A DNA stretch of 26,239 nt from a virus (IMGVR_UViG_3300032239_000633:1-26239); one strand, 5' to 3'; positions 15,561 to 24,770 are shown, numbered from the stretch's first letter. Notes: generated from the letters alone by a model not told the origin. A program made the numbers and translations.

Positions 15561-17243
15561 ATGACGACTATTCTTTCTTGTGCTCGTGGTCACAATGCAA
15601 GTACCACTTTGATGGTTGATGGTGAGATTGTTTTTTATCTTGAAGAAGAAAGACTCTCCAGATTTAAATATGATGGTGCCCCTTTGATGGGTCTCATCAA
15701 GGCATTTGATTATGTGGATGAGATCGATCATCTTGTGATTTGCCATACTCATCGTCATGGACCTGTTCTTGACTGGTGTGGTGATGATGCTTATCAGGGT
15801 CTAGTTCGTAAGATTGCACGTAAGAAATTTGATTTCGAAACGCATTTTATTGATACAATTCACCACCAAATGCACGGTGCCTGTGGATTTTATAACTCAG
15901 GATTTGAAACTGCTGCCTGTGTAATCGCTGATGGTGCTGGAAGTTTCCTTCAATTTGATGGAGTTCAGGATACATTCTATGAGTTTGAATCAATCTTTAA
16001 AGCATCTTATCCTCATGAGTTTGAGATTGTTTATAAGCATATTGGTACGAAGTCACCAATCGGTATGGTTGAAACTCAAGCAGGAGTATATGCAACAGAA
16101 TATCCTGGTCTTACCAAGATGTATGAGGCAGTAACTGAGTACTGTGGTTTCCCTGCAATTGAAGCAGGTAAACTGATGGGTCTTGCTCCTTATGGAAAAT
16201 CAAATGAAGATCTTCCTCCATTCTTTAGTAATGGTTGGGGAAATCGTGAACTCATTATTCCAACCTATCCTAATGCTGCAAAGATTAATGTTGGACGTTA
16301 TCCAATTCTTGCAGAGGATGTTAAAAAGCATCAAAAGGGAGAATATACTGAAGTTCAAAAAGATATGGCATATGCGATTCAGGAAGCAACCGAGAATCGT
16401 ATGATTGAACTGATTCGTAAGGCACACGAAGAAACAGGTGAAACAAACATTGTTATTTGTGGTGGATATGGACTGAACTGTGTTGCCAACTATAAGTATC
16501 TTCAGGCATTCCCTGATTTGAATATCTATTGCGAACCTATTTCTCACGATGGTGGAACATCAATTGGTGGAGCACATTTTATGTGGCATCAAATTAGTGA
16601 GAATACGGAACCTAAGAAGCAGGCATCTGTTTATTATGGACCTCAGTATTACATTGATTCTTATGAAGATGATTTGGAAGGTCTCAATGTAACTGATACT
16701 TCTTATGATGAAGTTGCAAAACTAATTCGTGATGGTAACATTGTAACCTTATTCCAAGGTCGTTCTGAGGGTGGTCCTCGTGCTCTTGGTAATCGTTCCA
16801 TTCTCTTTGATCCTACCATTAAAGATGGTAAGGATATTGTGAATGCTGTGAAGCATCGTGAGTGGTTCCGTCCTTTTGCTTGTTCCATTAAGCAAGAACA
16901 AGTTCATGATTGGTTTGATCTTGCTGGACGTGAAGAAACTCCCCATATGATGTATGCTGTTAAGTGTCTTCCTGGAGTTGAGGAAAAGATTCCTTCGGTT
17001 ATTCACGTTGATGGTACTTGCCGTATTCAAACTGTTACTGAAGAACAGAACGAACATTATTACAGTCTGATTGATGCATTCGAAAAACTGAGTGGAGTTC
17101 CTATTCTATTCAATACCAGTTTCAATCTGGGTGGAGATCCTTTGGTCGAAACGATTGAGGATGCTGTTCTGACTCTTCGTAAGAGTGATATTGAATATAT
17201 GTACCTTCCTGAAATTCAAAAACTAGTATACGTTCCTAATTGA
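15561..17243 (+). CDS. O-carbamoyltransferase, NodU/CmcH/TobZ family
   Basis: EEERLSR, HHQMH, DGAG, EAGKLMGLAPYG, GGYGLNCVAN, DGGTSIG, RSEGGPRALGNRS, KHREWFRPFA, HVDGTCRIQTV, NTSFN. Confidence 0.95.
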   Translation: MTTILSCARGHNASTTLMVDGEIVFYLEEERLSRFKYDGAPLMGLIKAFDYVDEIDHLVICHTHRHGPVLDWCGDDAYQGLVRKIARKKFDFETHFIDTIHHQMHGACGFYNSGFETAACVIADGAGSFLQFDGVQDTFYEFESIFKASYPHEFEIVYKHIGTKSPIGMVETQAGVYATEYPGLTKMYEAVTEYCGFPAIEAGKLMGLAPYGKSNEDLPPFFSNGWGNRELIIPTYPNAAKINVGRYPILAEDVKKHQKGEYTEVQKDMAYAIQEATENRMIELIRKAHEETGETNIVICGGYGLNCVANYKYLQAFPDLNIYCEPISHDGGTSIGGAHFMWHQISENTEPKKQASVYYGPQYYIDSYEDDLEGLNVTDTSYDEVAKLIRDGNIVTLFQGRSEGGPRALGNRSILFDPTIKDGKDIVNAVKHREWFRPFACSIKQEQVHDWFDLAGREETPHMMYAVKCLPGVEEKIPSVIHVDGTCRIQTVTEEQNEHYYSLIDAFEKLSGVPILFNTSFNLGGDPLVETIEDAVLTLRKSDIEYMYLPEIQKLVYVPN

Positions 17244-17246
17244 GAT

Positions 17247-17654
17247 ATGGAGAAAAAAAAGAAAATCTTTGTAAATGGTACGTTCGATCTTTTACATGTC
17301 GGACATCTCCAACTACTAAATCACGCTAGAGGATTGGGTGATTTCTTAACTGTTGCAATTGATAATGATGAAAGAGTAGCAGAGAAGAAAGGTCTTGATC
17401 GACCTATTCTTCCTGCAAAAGAAAGACTCTTTCATCTGATGAATCTTAGAGCAGTTGATGAGGGTTTTATTTTTGATAGCGATGAAGCACTTGAATTAGT
17501 TGTAAGTAAGGTAAAACCTGATATAATGGTAGTAGGTTCTGATTGGAGAGGTAAAGAAATTGTTGGATCAAATTATGCGGGAGAAGTTCAATTCTTTGAC
17601 CGACTTCCCGAATGGTCAACCACAAATGTCATACAACGTATTATTAATCGGTGA
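17247..17654 (+). CDS. Nucleotidyltransferase, HldC/RfaE domain II-like (heptose-1-P adenylyltransferase)
   Basis: NGTFDLLHVGH (HxGH), KG..RP, KPDIMVVGSDW, STT. TagD-like cytidylyltransferases share these motifs; genomic context favours HldC. Confidence 0.85.
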   Translation: MEKKKKIFVNGTFDLLHVGHLQLLNHARGLGDFLTVAIDNDERVAEKKGLDRPILPAKERLFHLMNLRAVDEGFIFDSDEALELVVSKVKPDIMVVGSDWRGKEIVGSNYAGEVQFFDRLPEWSTTNVIQRIINR

Positions 17655-18366
17655 TACCTGCATTGATGAATATGTGTATGGGACCTGCACTAAATTAAAT
17701 CCCGAATCTCCTGTTCCCATTTTAAGTTTCAAACATAAAGAAACTAAGATGGGAATGTCAGGTAATGTGTTAGAGAATCTTAAATCATTTAATATTAATG
17801 TTACTCACATTACAAACAGAGAAAAGATTACAAAAACAAGATATGTTGATGAAAGATATAATCATCAACTTCTGAGAGTAGATGAGGACATTCAAATCGA
17901 AACTTTTTTGGGTTTTTTACCCGAAGAAAATTTTGATGCAGTTGTAATCTCTGACTATGCAAAAGGATTTCTAACAATTGATAAGATCTATGAAATTGTA
18001 GAGACTTATACCTGTCCTATTTTTATTGACAGTAAAAAGGTTCATCTTCCCGATGCAGAACATGTATTCATTAAGATCAATGAATCCGAATCTCAAAAAC
18101 TTAGAACTCGTCCTAAAAATTTAATTGTAACTTTAGGAGAACGAGGAACATTTTTTAATAATACAATTTATCAGGCAAATAAAGTTAATGTATTTGATGT
18201 AGTTGGGGCAGGAGATACTTTTATTTCTGCTCTGACTTATTTCTATCTGGAAACAAACAGTATAGAAAGTGCTATAATAAAAGCAAATAGAGCAGCGGCA
18301 ATTGCCGTTCAACATAGAGGAACATATGTTCTTACTAAGGAGGATATAAATGAAATACGTAGTTGA
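17626..18366 (+). CDS. PfkB-family kinase, HldA/RfaE domain I-like (heptose-7-P kinase)
   Basis: VLLIGD..IDEYVYG...LNPESPVP, KTRY...QLLRVD, ISDYAKG, VTLGERG, DVVGAGDTF. Start at ATG 17626 (MSYNVLLIGD) is preferred. Confidence 0.88.
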   Translation: MSYNVLLIGDTCIDEYVYGTCTKLNPESPVPILSFKHKETKMGMSGNVLENLKSFNINVTHITNREKITKTRYVDERYNHQLLRVDEDIQIETFLGFLPEENFDAVVISDYAKGFLTIDKIYEIVETYTCPIFIDSKKVHLPDAEHVFIKINESESQKLRTRPKNLIVTLGERGTFFNNTIYQANKVNVFDVVGAGDTFISALTYFYLETNSIESAIIKANRAAAIAVQHRGTYVLTKEDINEIRS

Positions 18367-18676
18367 TATTGACGGTACAATTTGTACGAATGGGGATTGT
18401 TCTGCTTGTAAGTATGAGGGGAGTGTTCCTATTCCTGATCGAATTGAAAAAATTAATAAACTTTATGATGAAGGACATACCATTTGGTACTTTACTGCTC
18501 GTGGAATGGGTAGATATAATGATGATGCAAAAAAAGCAAATGAAAAGTTTTATGCACTTACCAAAATGCAATTGGGTATTTGGGGATGTAAGTATCATGA
18601 ACTTGTTCTTGGCAAACCATCTGCAGACTACTACATAGATGATAAGGCAATAGAATCTAATGAGTTCTTCAATTAA
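18350..18676 (+). CDS. Minimal HAD-family phosphatase
   Basis: DIDGT motif I, FTARG motif II, GKP..DYYIDDK motifs III/IV; AGGAGG RBS. Confidence 0.85.
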   Translation: MKYVVDIDGTICTNGDCSACKYEGSVPIPDRIEKINKLYDEGHTIWYFTARGMGRYNDDAKKANEKFYALTKMQLGIWGCKYHELVLGKPSADYYIDDKAIESNEFFN

Positions 18677-19025
18677 ATTAGTCCCCAAAGGTTGGGGATA
18701 TGAAAAGTGGATTGTCAATACTGAGGAGTATTGTGGAAAACTTTTGTACTTTGTAAAAGATGGAAGATGCTCTTACCATTATCATAAATTAAAAGACGAA
18801 ACTTTCTACGTTCAATCGGGAAAGATTCGTCTTTATTATGGGACTAATGATGATTATGATAATGCAAATCATATCACCTTAGTGAAGGGTGATAAGTTTC
18901 ATGTTCGTAGAGGATTGAGACATCAAATGGTTGCATTAGAAGATACTGAGTTGTTTGAATTTTCAACTCAGCATTTCGATGAAGATAGTTATAGAATTAT
19001 CCTAGGAGATAGTCTTCAACCGTAG
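18660..19025 (+). CDS. Cupin-domain sugar isomerase-like protein
   Basis: KGWGYE, SYHYHKLKDETFYV, distal His (GLRHQM); mannose-6-P isomerase/D-lyxose isomerase-like cupin. Confidence 0.8.
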   Translation: MSSSIKLVPKGWGYEKWIVNTEEYCGKLLYFVKDGRCSYHYHKLKDETFYVQSGKIRLYYGTNDDYDNANHITLVKGDKFHVRRGLRHQMVALEDTELFEFSTQHFDEDSYRIILGDSLQP

Positions 19026-19785
19026 TAAAAGGATAATCCTTAATCCAAAACATATCAGCACAGGTATAATTCTGATATTTGCCAATCAGATGCTCGGGGA
19101 AGGGGATGTAACGTACATCTCCCCCCTCTTTCTTTGCAACACACTCTGCAACGTGTTGGAACGACACAGGGGATCCTGTGCCTATATCGTAGATGCCACT
19201 AGGTTGGTTGTTTCTTAACACTAGATCAACAACATCATCTACGCATACAAAATCCCTATAGAACTCATCCGATCCTTCGAAGAGTTCGAGATATCCTTTT
19301 TCCTTGATTTGTTTAGTGAATTTACTGACGGGACTTGCCTGATCTCCCTTTTGATCCTCTCCTTTTCCATAGACATTAAAATATCTGAAACCTTGTATCG
19401 ACTTAAACTTGTCAATGTTATCAAGGACGTAATAATCGATTTGAAGTTTTGATATTGCGTAATAGTTGAGAGGATTGATGTATCCAACTGTGTTCCCATA
19501 AACCGATGCTGAAGAAGCATATTTAACGGGAATCTGATACTCGATTGCTTTCTCAAATAGTTTAATTGAGAAGTCAACATTATACTTATGGATTTTATTA
19601 ATATCTTTCTCTACTGTGCTAGAAATTGCTCCCTGGTGAATAATGAGATTCACCTTGTCCCAATCAGTATAGTCATTAAGAAATGGATATGCACCACTTG
19701 CTTCTACCCTATAAACATTTTCAAGATCTAGGTTGTTGCAAAAGTGTTGTCCGATAAAACCATTATGTCCTGTAAGAATGATCAT
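18997..19785 (-). CDS. hldD: ADP-L-glycero-D-manno-heptose 6-epimerase
   Basis: TGHNGFIG (GxxGxxG), HQGAISSTVE, YASSASVYG, PLNYYAISK (YxxxK), GFRYFNVYG, RDFVCVDD, YQNYTCAD. Confidence 0.88.
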   Translation of the reverse strand: MIILTGHNGFIGQHFCNNLDLENVYRVEASGAYPFLNDYTDWDKVNLIIHQGAISSTVEKDINKIHKYNVDFSIKLFEKAIEYQIPVKYASSASVYGNTVGYINPLNYYAISKLQIDYYVLDNIDKFKSIQGFRYFNVYGKGEDQKGDQASPVSKFTKQIKEKGYLELFEGSDEFYRDFVCVDDVVDLVLRNNQPSGIYDIGTGSPVSFQHVAECVAKKEGGDVRYIPFPEHLIGKYQNYTCADMFWIKDYPFTTVEDYLLG

Positions 19786-19807
19786 ATCACTTATGTTTTT
19801 ACTATGT

Positions 19808-19824
19808 ATTCTATCACATAAATA
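19808..19824. promoter_or_regulatory. Back-to-back promoters: minus-strand extended -10 for hldD and plus-strand late promoter
   Basis: Minus strand TGaTAGAAT (19816-19808); plus strand CATAAATA (19817-19824). Confidence 0.5.
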
Positions 19825-19846
19825 CTAAAAAGATATGCTTATATAA

Positions 19847-21028
19847 GTGGCAATAGGAAGACTTGGTTCTTTTAAAACTTCAACAATAGTTGGATTAAAT
19901 ACCAATACGGTATTATATACATCAACTGGAACCTTGTCGAAGGTCACAATTAATGTGACGAATCAGGGTGTAGAAGATGCCACTTTTTCGATTGGAATTA
20001 GTTCAGGAACATCCTTTAGAGATTCTGACTTTATTGTTTACGGACAAACTATCAAGAAAAATACCTACGCATCAATTACAAATGTAGGTATTAGTAGTGG
20101 AGAAACAATTTTTACAAGAGCAAACAAAGAAAATGTTAGTTTTATTGCTCTTTCTGTAGTTGATTATGATGCTTCTATCGGAACATTTTTTGGTAGACAA
20201 GAATCAGTAAGAACCTCTTTATCGGGTCCTGCACTTGTAAATGATCCAGTAGTTCTTTATACTGCTTCAAAAGCAGCGCAAGTTAGTATATCGGTCAATA
20301 ATACTAGTCAGGATGATGCCATATATTCGATTGGCATTTCTTCTAGTGGTTTATCTCAGTTTACATCTTCCGATTATATTATCTTCGGGCAACCTCTTAC
20401 AAAAAGAACTACACAAATTATTGATTCGATTGGAATTGGTACGGGTCAAAGTATCATTGTAAAGGCGAATGAAACTGACATAACATTCGTTGCTTATGAT
20501 CTTCCAACATCAGTTCTTGAAAAAATAACAGTTGGTGATGCAATTAGTATTGCATCAAGTGTAACTGCCCGTGGTGGATTCTATGGCAACTTAGTTGGAA
20601 ATGTATATTCCGCTGGTATTTCTACCTTTAATAACGGCGGCATAATCATTGGCGCCGCTGGAACAAATTTAATTGTAAATGGCGATGCTAGAATTACTGG
20701 TATTCTGACTCTTGGAACTTCCAGTATTACTTTAAATGGAAATACCAATACAATTAAAATCGGAACAGGAGTTTCAATTACTAATAGTAGAATTGATTTA
20801 GTTGGAGTTCTGAGTGCAACTAGTATTAATTCGACCAGCATTAATGCAACGGGAGTTTCTACATTTAATAATGTAATTGTGGGTGGAGCAGCAACGGCAT
20901 TAGTTGTAAATAATAATCTTACAGTTACGGGTATTGCATCAATTAGTGATCTTGTGGTAACTAATAGTGTTAAAGGAAATGCTATTGATGCAACTGCAAT
21001 TGTTTATAGTATTGTCTTCGGATCATAA
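19847..21028 (+). CDS. Virion structural/fibre protein with duplicated N-terminal domain
   Basis: GTG start; two ~110-aa repeats (VLYT...V.I.V.N...DA..SIGISS...SD.I..GQ), then GISTF/GVSTF-type beta-repeat shaft. Confidence 0.75.
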   Translation: MAIGRLGSFKTSTIVGLNTNTVLYTSTGTLSKVTINVTNQGVEDATFSIGISSGTSFRDSDFIVYGQTIKKNTYASITNVGISSGETIFTRANKENVSFIALSVVDYDASIGTFFGRQESVRTSLSGPALVNDPVVLYTASKAAQVSISVNNTSQDDAIYSIGISSSGLSQFTSSDYIIFGQPLTKRTTQIIDSIGIGTGQSIIVKANETDITFVAYDLPTSVLEKITVGDAISIASSVTARGGFYGNLVGNVYSAGISTFNNGGIIIGAAGTNLIVNGDARITGILTLGTSSITLNGNTNTIKIGTGVSITNSRIDLVGVLSATSINSTSINATGVSTFNNVIVGGAATALVVNNNLTVTGIASISDLVVTNSVKGNAIDATAIVYSIVFGS

Positions 21029-21031
21029 ATA
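21024..21031 (+). promoter_or_regulatory. Late promoter
   Basis: CATAAATA overlapping the stop codon, upstream of 21064. Confidence 0.55.
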
Positions 21032-21063
21032 TCTTAAAACGGAACTAATTAGGGATAATATTA

Positions 21064-24063
21064 ATGGCAAGATCTTTAGTTCATGATTATATTTTTGTTC
21101 CAGGTGCTGCTAGTGTAGGAACTATTACTGTTAATGGTAATGTTCATCTAAAAAGACTTCTTGTAGTTACAAATGTAACTCGTAATATTATCATCTATAA
21201 TTTTGCTGATTCAACAAAATCTGCGACTAGTAGTTATAATTCAACAACAGATAAAACAACATTTACATTAGGATATTCGACAGTAGGTATGTCTGCAACA
21301 GATCAGTTGCAGATTTACTCAGAAAAAGATTCGACAGAAATTACAGGATCCACAACTCTAACAGATCCTACTGACAAGTTCAGAGTTACAACTCCACAAG
21401 CACTGATTGATACCGACTTTGAATACGGCACTCAGACTACTAAGTGGGAAAACTTAGGTTTAATTAATAACAGACCTTTTGCATATAATACTTCAACTCC
21501 AATTTCAGGGATAAACTATATTCTTTATCCAACAGGATCTAGAATAGTTACTGTTGGTATGTCAGTAACCGCTCCTGGTATTGGAACTGCTATTACAGTA
21601 CAAGATGCTTTTCTTAACATTGCAAATGGAAACTTCTTAGTTGAAAGTGTTTCTGGATCGGGAAGTACAATCTTTACTTATACTGGAAGAGCACAAAATA
21701 TTACACAAGTAACTCAAGTTTTTGATCCAAATAAAACGGGTATCTATACTGGAGCAGTATATGCCAATGCTCAAATTGGTGGAACTCCAACAATTACTTA
21801 CAGTGGAACTAGAATTACAGTAGTAACAACAATTCCACACGGATTAGGTCTTGGTAATGAAGTTGCTATTGTAAACACTTCTGCTTCTACGAATCCACCA
21901 AATGGATCTTTTATTGTAACTCGTATTACAAGCTCATCTTCTTTTGAGGTTGTTGCCCCTGTTGCTCCATCTGGTTCAGTGACTGGTGGTATAATTTATG
22001 TAAGACCTCAAGCACAATTCTTACATAGACCTTTTGATGGTGGTGTTCTATTTTCAAGTAATGCAACTGCTAACTATGAAACTGCCATTCGTCAAACCAG
22101 AAGATACTTCCGTTATCAATCTGGTAAAGGTATTATGATTAGTTCGGGTACAATCCTGAAACCTAATCTGCAGATTGACTCAATGGTTGGTGTTGGTACT
22201 GTTGTTACAGTTACCACAAGAGAACAACATAACTTACAGGGATCTGGAGATACCATTACAATTTTTGGTGCTAATCAATCCGAATACAATGGAACTTTCC
22301 CTGTCAGTGGAGTAACTGGATATAATAGTTTTCAATATGTTTTACCTTCTTCTGTTACAACTTCTCCTGCTACAGGAGTATTCAATGCTTCGGTTGCTGG
22401 GTGGTATGGTTGTGTAAATCGTTTAGGTGCATTTGATTCCCAAAACGGATTGTTCTTTGAATTTGACGGACAGCAACTATATGCAGTTCGTAGAAGCTCC
22501 ACATATCAAATTTCTGGAAGAGCAAGTATTGTTAATGGATCATCAATAATTACTCAAACTAATACTTCTTTCCCAACATTTTTTGCAAGTCAACTAGATG
22601 TTGGTGATTTTATTGTTATTAGAGGACAATCATATCGTGTTACCGATATTGAAAGTAATACTCAGTTTGAGATTAGTCCAGCATATCGTGGAGCGACTGC
22701 TGATTATGCAATTGTTTCAAAAACACAAGATCTTAAGATTCCCCAATCACAATGGAATCTTGATAAGATGGATGGCACTGGACCTTCGGGATACAGAATA
22801 GACCTCACCAAAATGCAGATGTTCTATATTGATTATTCTTGGTATGGTGCTGGTTATGTTCGTTGGGGACTACGCGGAGCAAATGGTACAGTTACATATT
22901 GCCATAAATTGCCAAATAATAATGCAAACACTGAAGCTTATATGCGTTCAGGTAACTTACCAGCACGTTACGAATCAACTTCAATTCCTCCAATTACAAA
23001 ACTAAGAAGAGCACTTGGAGAATTTGATACAACTGTTGGTGTTGCTAGTACTTCAGGATTCCCACCAGTTGGAACTTTAGTAATTCGTAATGCAAATACT
23101 TATGAGTACATAAATTATACTGGTCTTTCAACTGATGGATTTACTGGAGTAATTAGAGGGAAAGCAGGAAATTCTTCTCTTAACATTGGTATTGCAACGG
23201 GTAGCAATGTTGGATTTGGAACTACTTCAGATCTCCAAATAGGGCAAAGAGTCGTCTCCCCATCTTTCCCCGAATCAACATTTATCACTGGTATTGGAAG
23301 TACATCAATCACTTTTAGTCAAGCGGCAACATCTGCAAATCCGTTAGGAGCTCTTGTTCCTCCAATGGGAATTACTACAGGTGCCAATTTTGTTTATAGT
23401 TTAACAGACCCTGTTGCAGTTGAATTGGCATATCCATCATTTGGTCCATCCATTTCCCACTGGGGTACGTCCGTAATTATGGATGGAAGATTTGACGATG
23501 ACAAATCACTCGTGTTTACTTACGGACAATCTTCATCAACAACTATTAATTCTGGTGTAACAAGAGCACTGTTCTCAATTCGTATTGCTCCATCGGTTGA
23601 TAATGGTATCGCTGGATCATTTGGAACTAGGGAATTAACTAATAGACTTCAATTAAAATTATCTACTTTGGATATTACCACAACAACTGCTGGTTCAAAC
23701 CTTCTGGTTCGTGCATATCTTAATGGTACTCCTTCTCCAGGGGCAAACTGGACCAATGCTGTTGGTAATGTTGCAGGTGCTATTAACTCATCCCTCGCTC
23801 AACTTGCAGACTACTCTGGTGGTAGCACTACTGTAATTGGTGGAGAAGTTATATCAGGATTCTTTGTGGGATCTGGTGCTCTCTCAATCGATCTTACAAA
23901 CGTTAGAGACCTTGGTAACTCCATTCTTGGTGGCGGTGGTGCTTCATCAGCATCTCAAATCTATCCTGATGGACCAGATGTTCTAACAATTGTTGTAACA
24001 AATATTGGTGCATCCTCTGCAACGGTGTTTGGTAGACTATCGTGGACCGAAGCACAGGCATAA
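21064..24063 (+). CDS. Large virion structural protein (999 aa; baseplate/fibre-associated)
   Basis: Thr/Ser/Gly-rich; LLVVTNVTRNIIIYNFAD, PQALIDTDFEYG, RQTRRYFRYQSGKG, IDYSWYGAG; repeated T..HxL..G..V/I.I....NG.F.V modules. Confidence 0.8.
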   Translation: MARSLVHDYIFVPGAASVGTITVNGNVHLKRLLVVTNVTRNIIIYNFADSTKSATSSYNSTTDKTTFTLGYSTVGMSATDQLQIYSEKDSTEITGSTTLTDPTDKFRVTTPQALIDTDFEYGTQTTKWENLGLINNRPFAYNTSTPISGINYILYPTGSRIVTVGMSVTAPGIGTAITVQDAFLNIANGNFLVESVSGSGSTIFTYTGRAQNITQVTQVFDPNKTGIYTGAVYANAQIGGTPTITYSGTRITVVTTIPHGLGLGNEVAIVNTSASTNPPNGSFIVTRITSSSSFEVVAPVAPSGSVTGGIIYVRPQAQFLHRPFDGGVLFSSNATANYETAIRQTRRYFRYQSGKGIMISSGTILKPNLQIDSMVGVGTVVTVTTREQHNLQGSGDTITIFGANQSEYNGTFPVSGVTGYNSFQYVLPSSVTTSPATGVFNASVAGWYGCVNRLGAFDSQNGLFFEFDGQQLYAVRRSSTYQISGRASIVNGSSIITQTNTSFPTFFASQLDVGDFIVIRGQSYRVTDIESNTQFEISPAYRGATADYAIVSKTQDLKIPQSQWNLDKMDGTGPSGYRIDLTKMQMFYIDYSWYGAGYVRWGLRGANGTVTYCHKLPNNNANTEAYMRSGNLPARYESTSIPPITKLRRALGEFDTTVGVASTSGFPPVGTLVIRNANTYEYINYTGLSTDGFTGVIRGKAGNSSLNIGIATGSNVGFGTTSDLQIGQRVVSPSFPESTFITGIGSTSITFSQAATSANPLGALVPPMGITTGANFVYSLTDPVAVELAYPSFGPSISHWGTSVIMDGRFDDDKSLVFTYGQSSSTTINSGVTRALFSIRIAPSVDNGIAGSFGTRELTNRLQLKLSTLDITTTTAGSNLLVRAYLNGTPSPGANWTNAVGNVAGAINSSLAQLADYSGGSTTVIGGEVISGFFVGSGALSIDLTNVRDLGNSILGGGGASSASQIYPDGPDVLTIVVTNIGASSATVFGRLSWTEAQA

Positions 24064-24117
24064 TGTGCTATAATAGAGTTTAAATCTAGCATAAATTAAT
24101 AAAACTGACTTGATACT

Positions 24118-24354
24118 ATGAATTTTACAGTTTATTCAAAAGAAGATTGTCCCTATTGCTACAAGGTTAAACAAGTCCTTGAGTTGACAGGAAGTAGCTT
24201 TGTAGTGTATAATTTGGGAGAACACTTTACTAAGGATGAGTTCTACTCTGAGTTTGGTGAAGCATCTACTTTTCCTCAAGTAGTATGTGATGATAAAAAA
24301 TTGGGGGGATCAGTTGAAACCATTAAATTCCTCAGGGAACGCCAAATCGTTTGA
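24118..24354 (+). CDS. nrdC: Glutaredoxin
   Basis: VYSKEDCPYC, TFPQV, LGG. Upstream extended -10 TGcTATAAT at 24066-24074. Confidence 0.92.
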   Translation: MNFTVYSKEDCPYCYKVKQVLELTGSSFVVYNLGEHFTKDEFYSEFGEASTFPQVVCDDKKLGGSVETIKFLRERQIV

Positions 24355-24541
24355 CAAGAATATAAATAACAAAGAAGACCACATTAATCGTGGTGTAGAA
24401 TTTATTTTAACGGGAGGAAAGAAAAAGCAACCCAAAGCCCATAGAATAGGATTTGAAAAGATAGTTAACTTCTTTAAGAAAGAAATAACAGTCCGCTTCG
24501 AGTTATCATTGGGTATCAGAAAAAAAGAAACTAGGGAGTAA
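24287..24541 (+). CDS. Basic hypothetical protein (start uncertain)
   Basis: Open frame filling the gap to 24546. Possible starts GTG 24287, ATG 24290 or TTG 24314, all inside the glutaredoxin gene. Confidence 0.5.
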   Translation: MMIKNWGDQLKPLNSSGNAKSFDKNINNKEDHINRGVEFILTGGKKKQPKAHRIGFEKIVNFFKKEITVRFELSLGIRKKETRE

Positions 24542-24545
24542 AAAA

Positions 24546-24770
24546 ATGGAAGCCGCAAGTTTAGTTTTTGGTTCATTCCTCATTATTTTATTTTTTGTGG
24601 TAGGTAATTTGCTCGGATGGGTTGCCCGAGAGTATATGATGAATTATCGAGAAATCCCAAGACTTCATCCCGAAATGTATGATCACAATGGGAATATTAT
24701 TCCTGACGAAATATTAGCAGTACGATTTGAAAACGATTATGACTACGACGACAGCGAAGACGAAGACTAA
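24546..24770 (+). CDS. Small membrane protein with acidic tail
   Basis: GGGAG RBS, N-terminal hydrophobic helix, HPEMYD..G, D/E-rich end. Confidence 0.75.
   Translation: MEAASLVFGSFLIILFFVVGNLLGWVAREYMMNYREIPRLHPEMYDHNGNIIPDEILAVRFENDYDYDDSEDED

Noticed and set aside
15561-17243. Carbamoyltransferase as a 5hmC DNA-modification enzyme
   Set aside because: Such phage enzymes exist, but no dCMP hydroxymethylase/thymidylate synthase homologue or replication genes are adjacent, and the neighbours are heptose genes. Not excluded without the rest of the genome.
6355-24063. Two ORFs of exactly 999 aa (3000 nt)
   Set aside because: Both have genuine start and stop codons and are not similar to each other; treated as coincidence.
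24351-24380. TTGACA as a sigma70 -35 element
   Set aside because: No -10 at 16-18 nt spacing; the nearby TATAAATA (24361-24368) fits a late promoter better.
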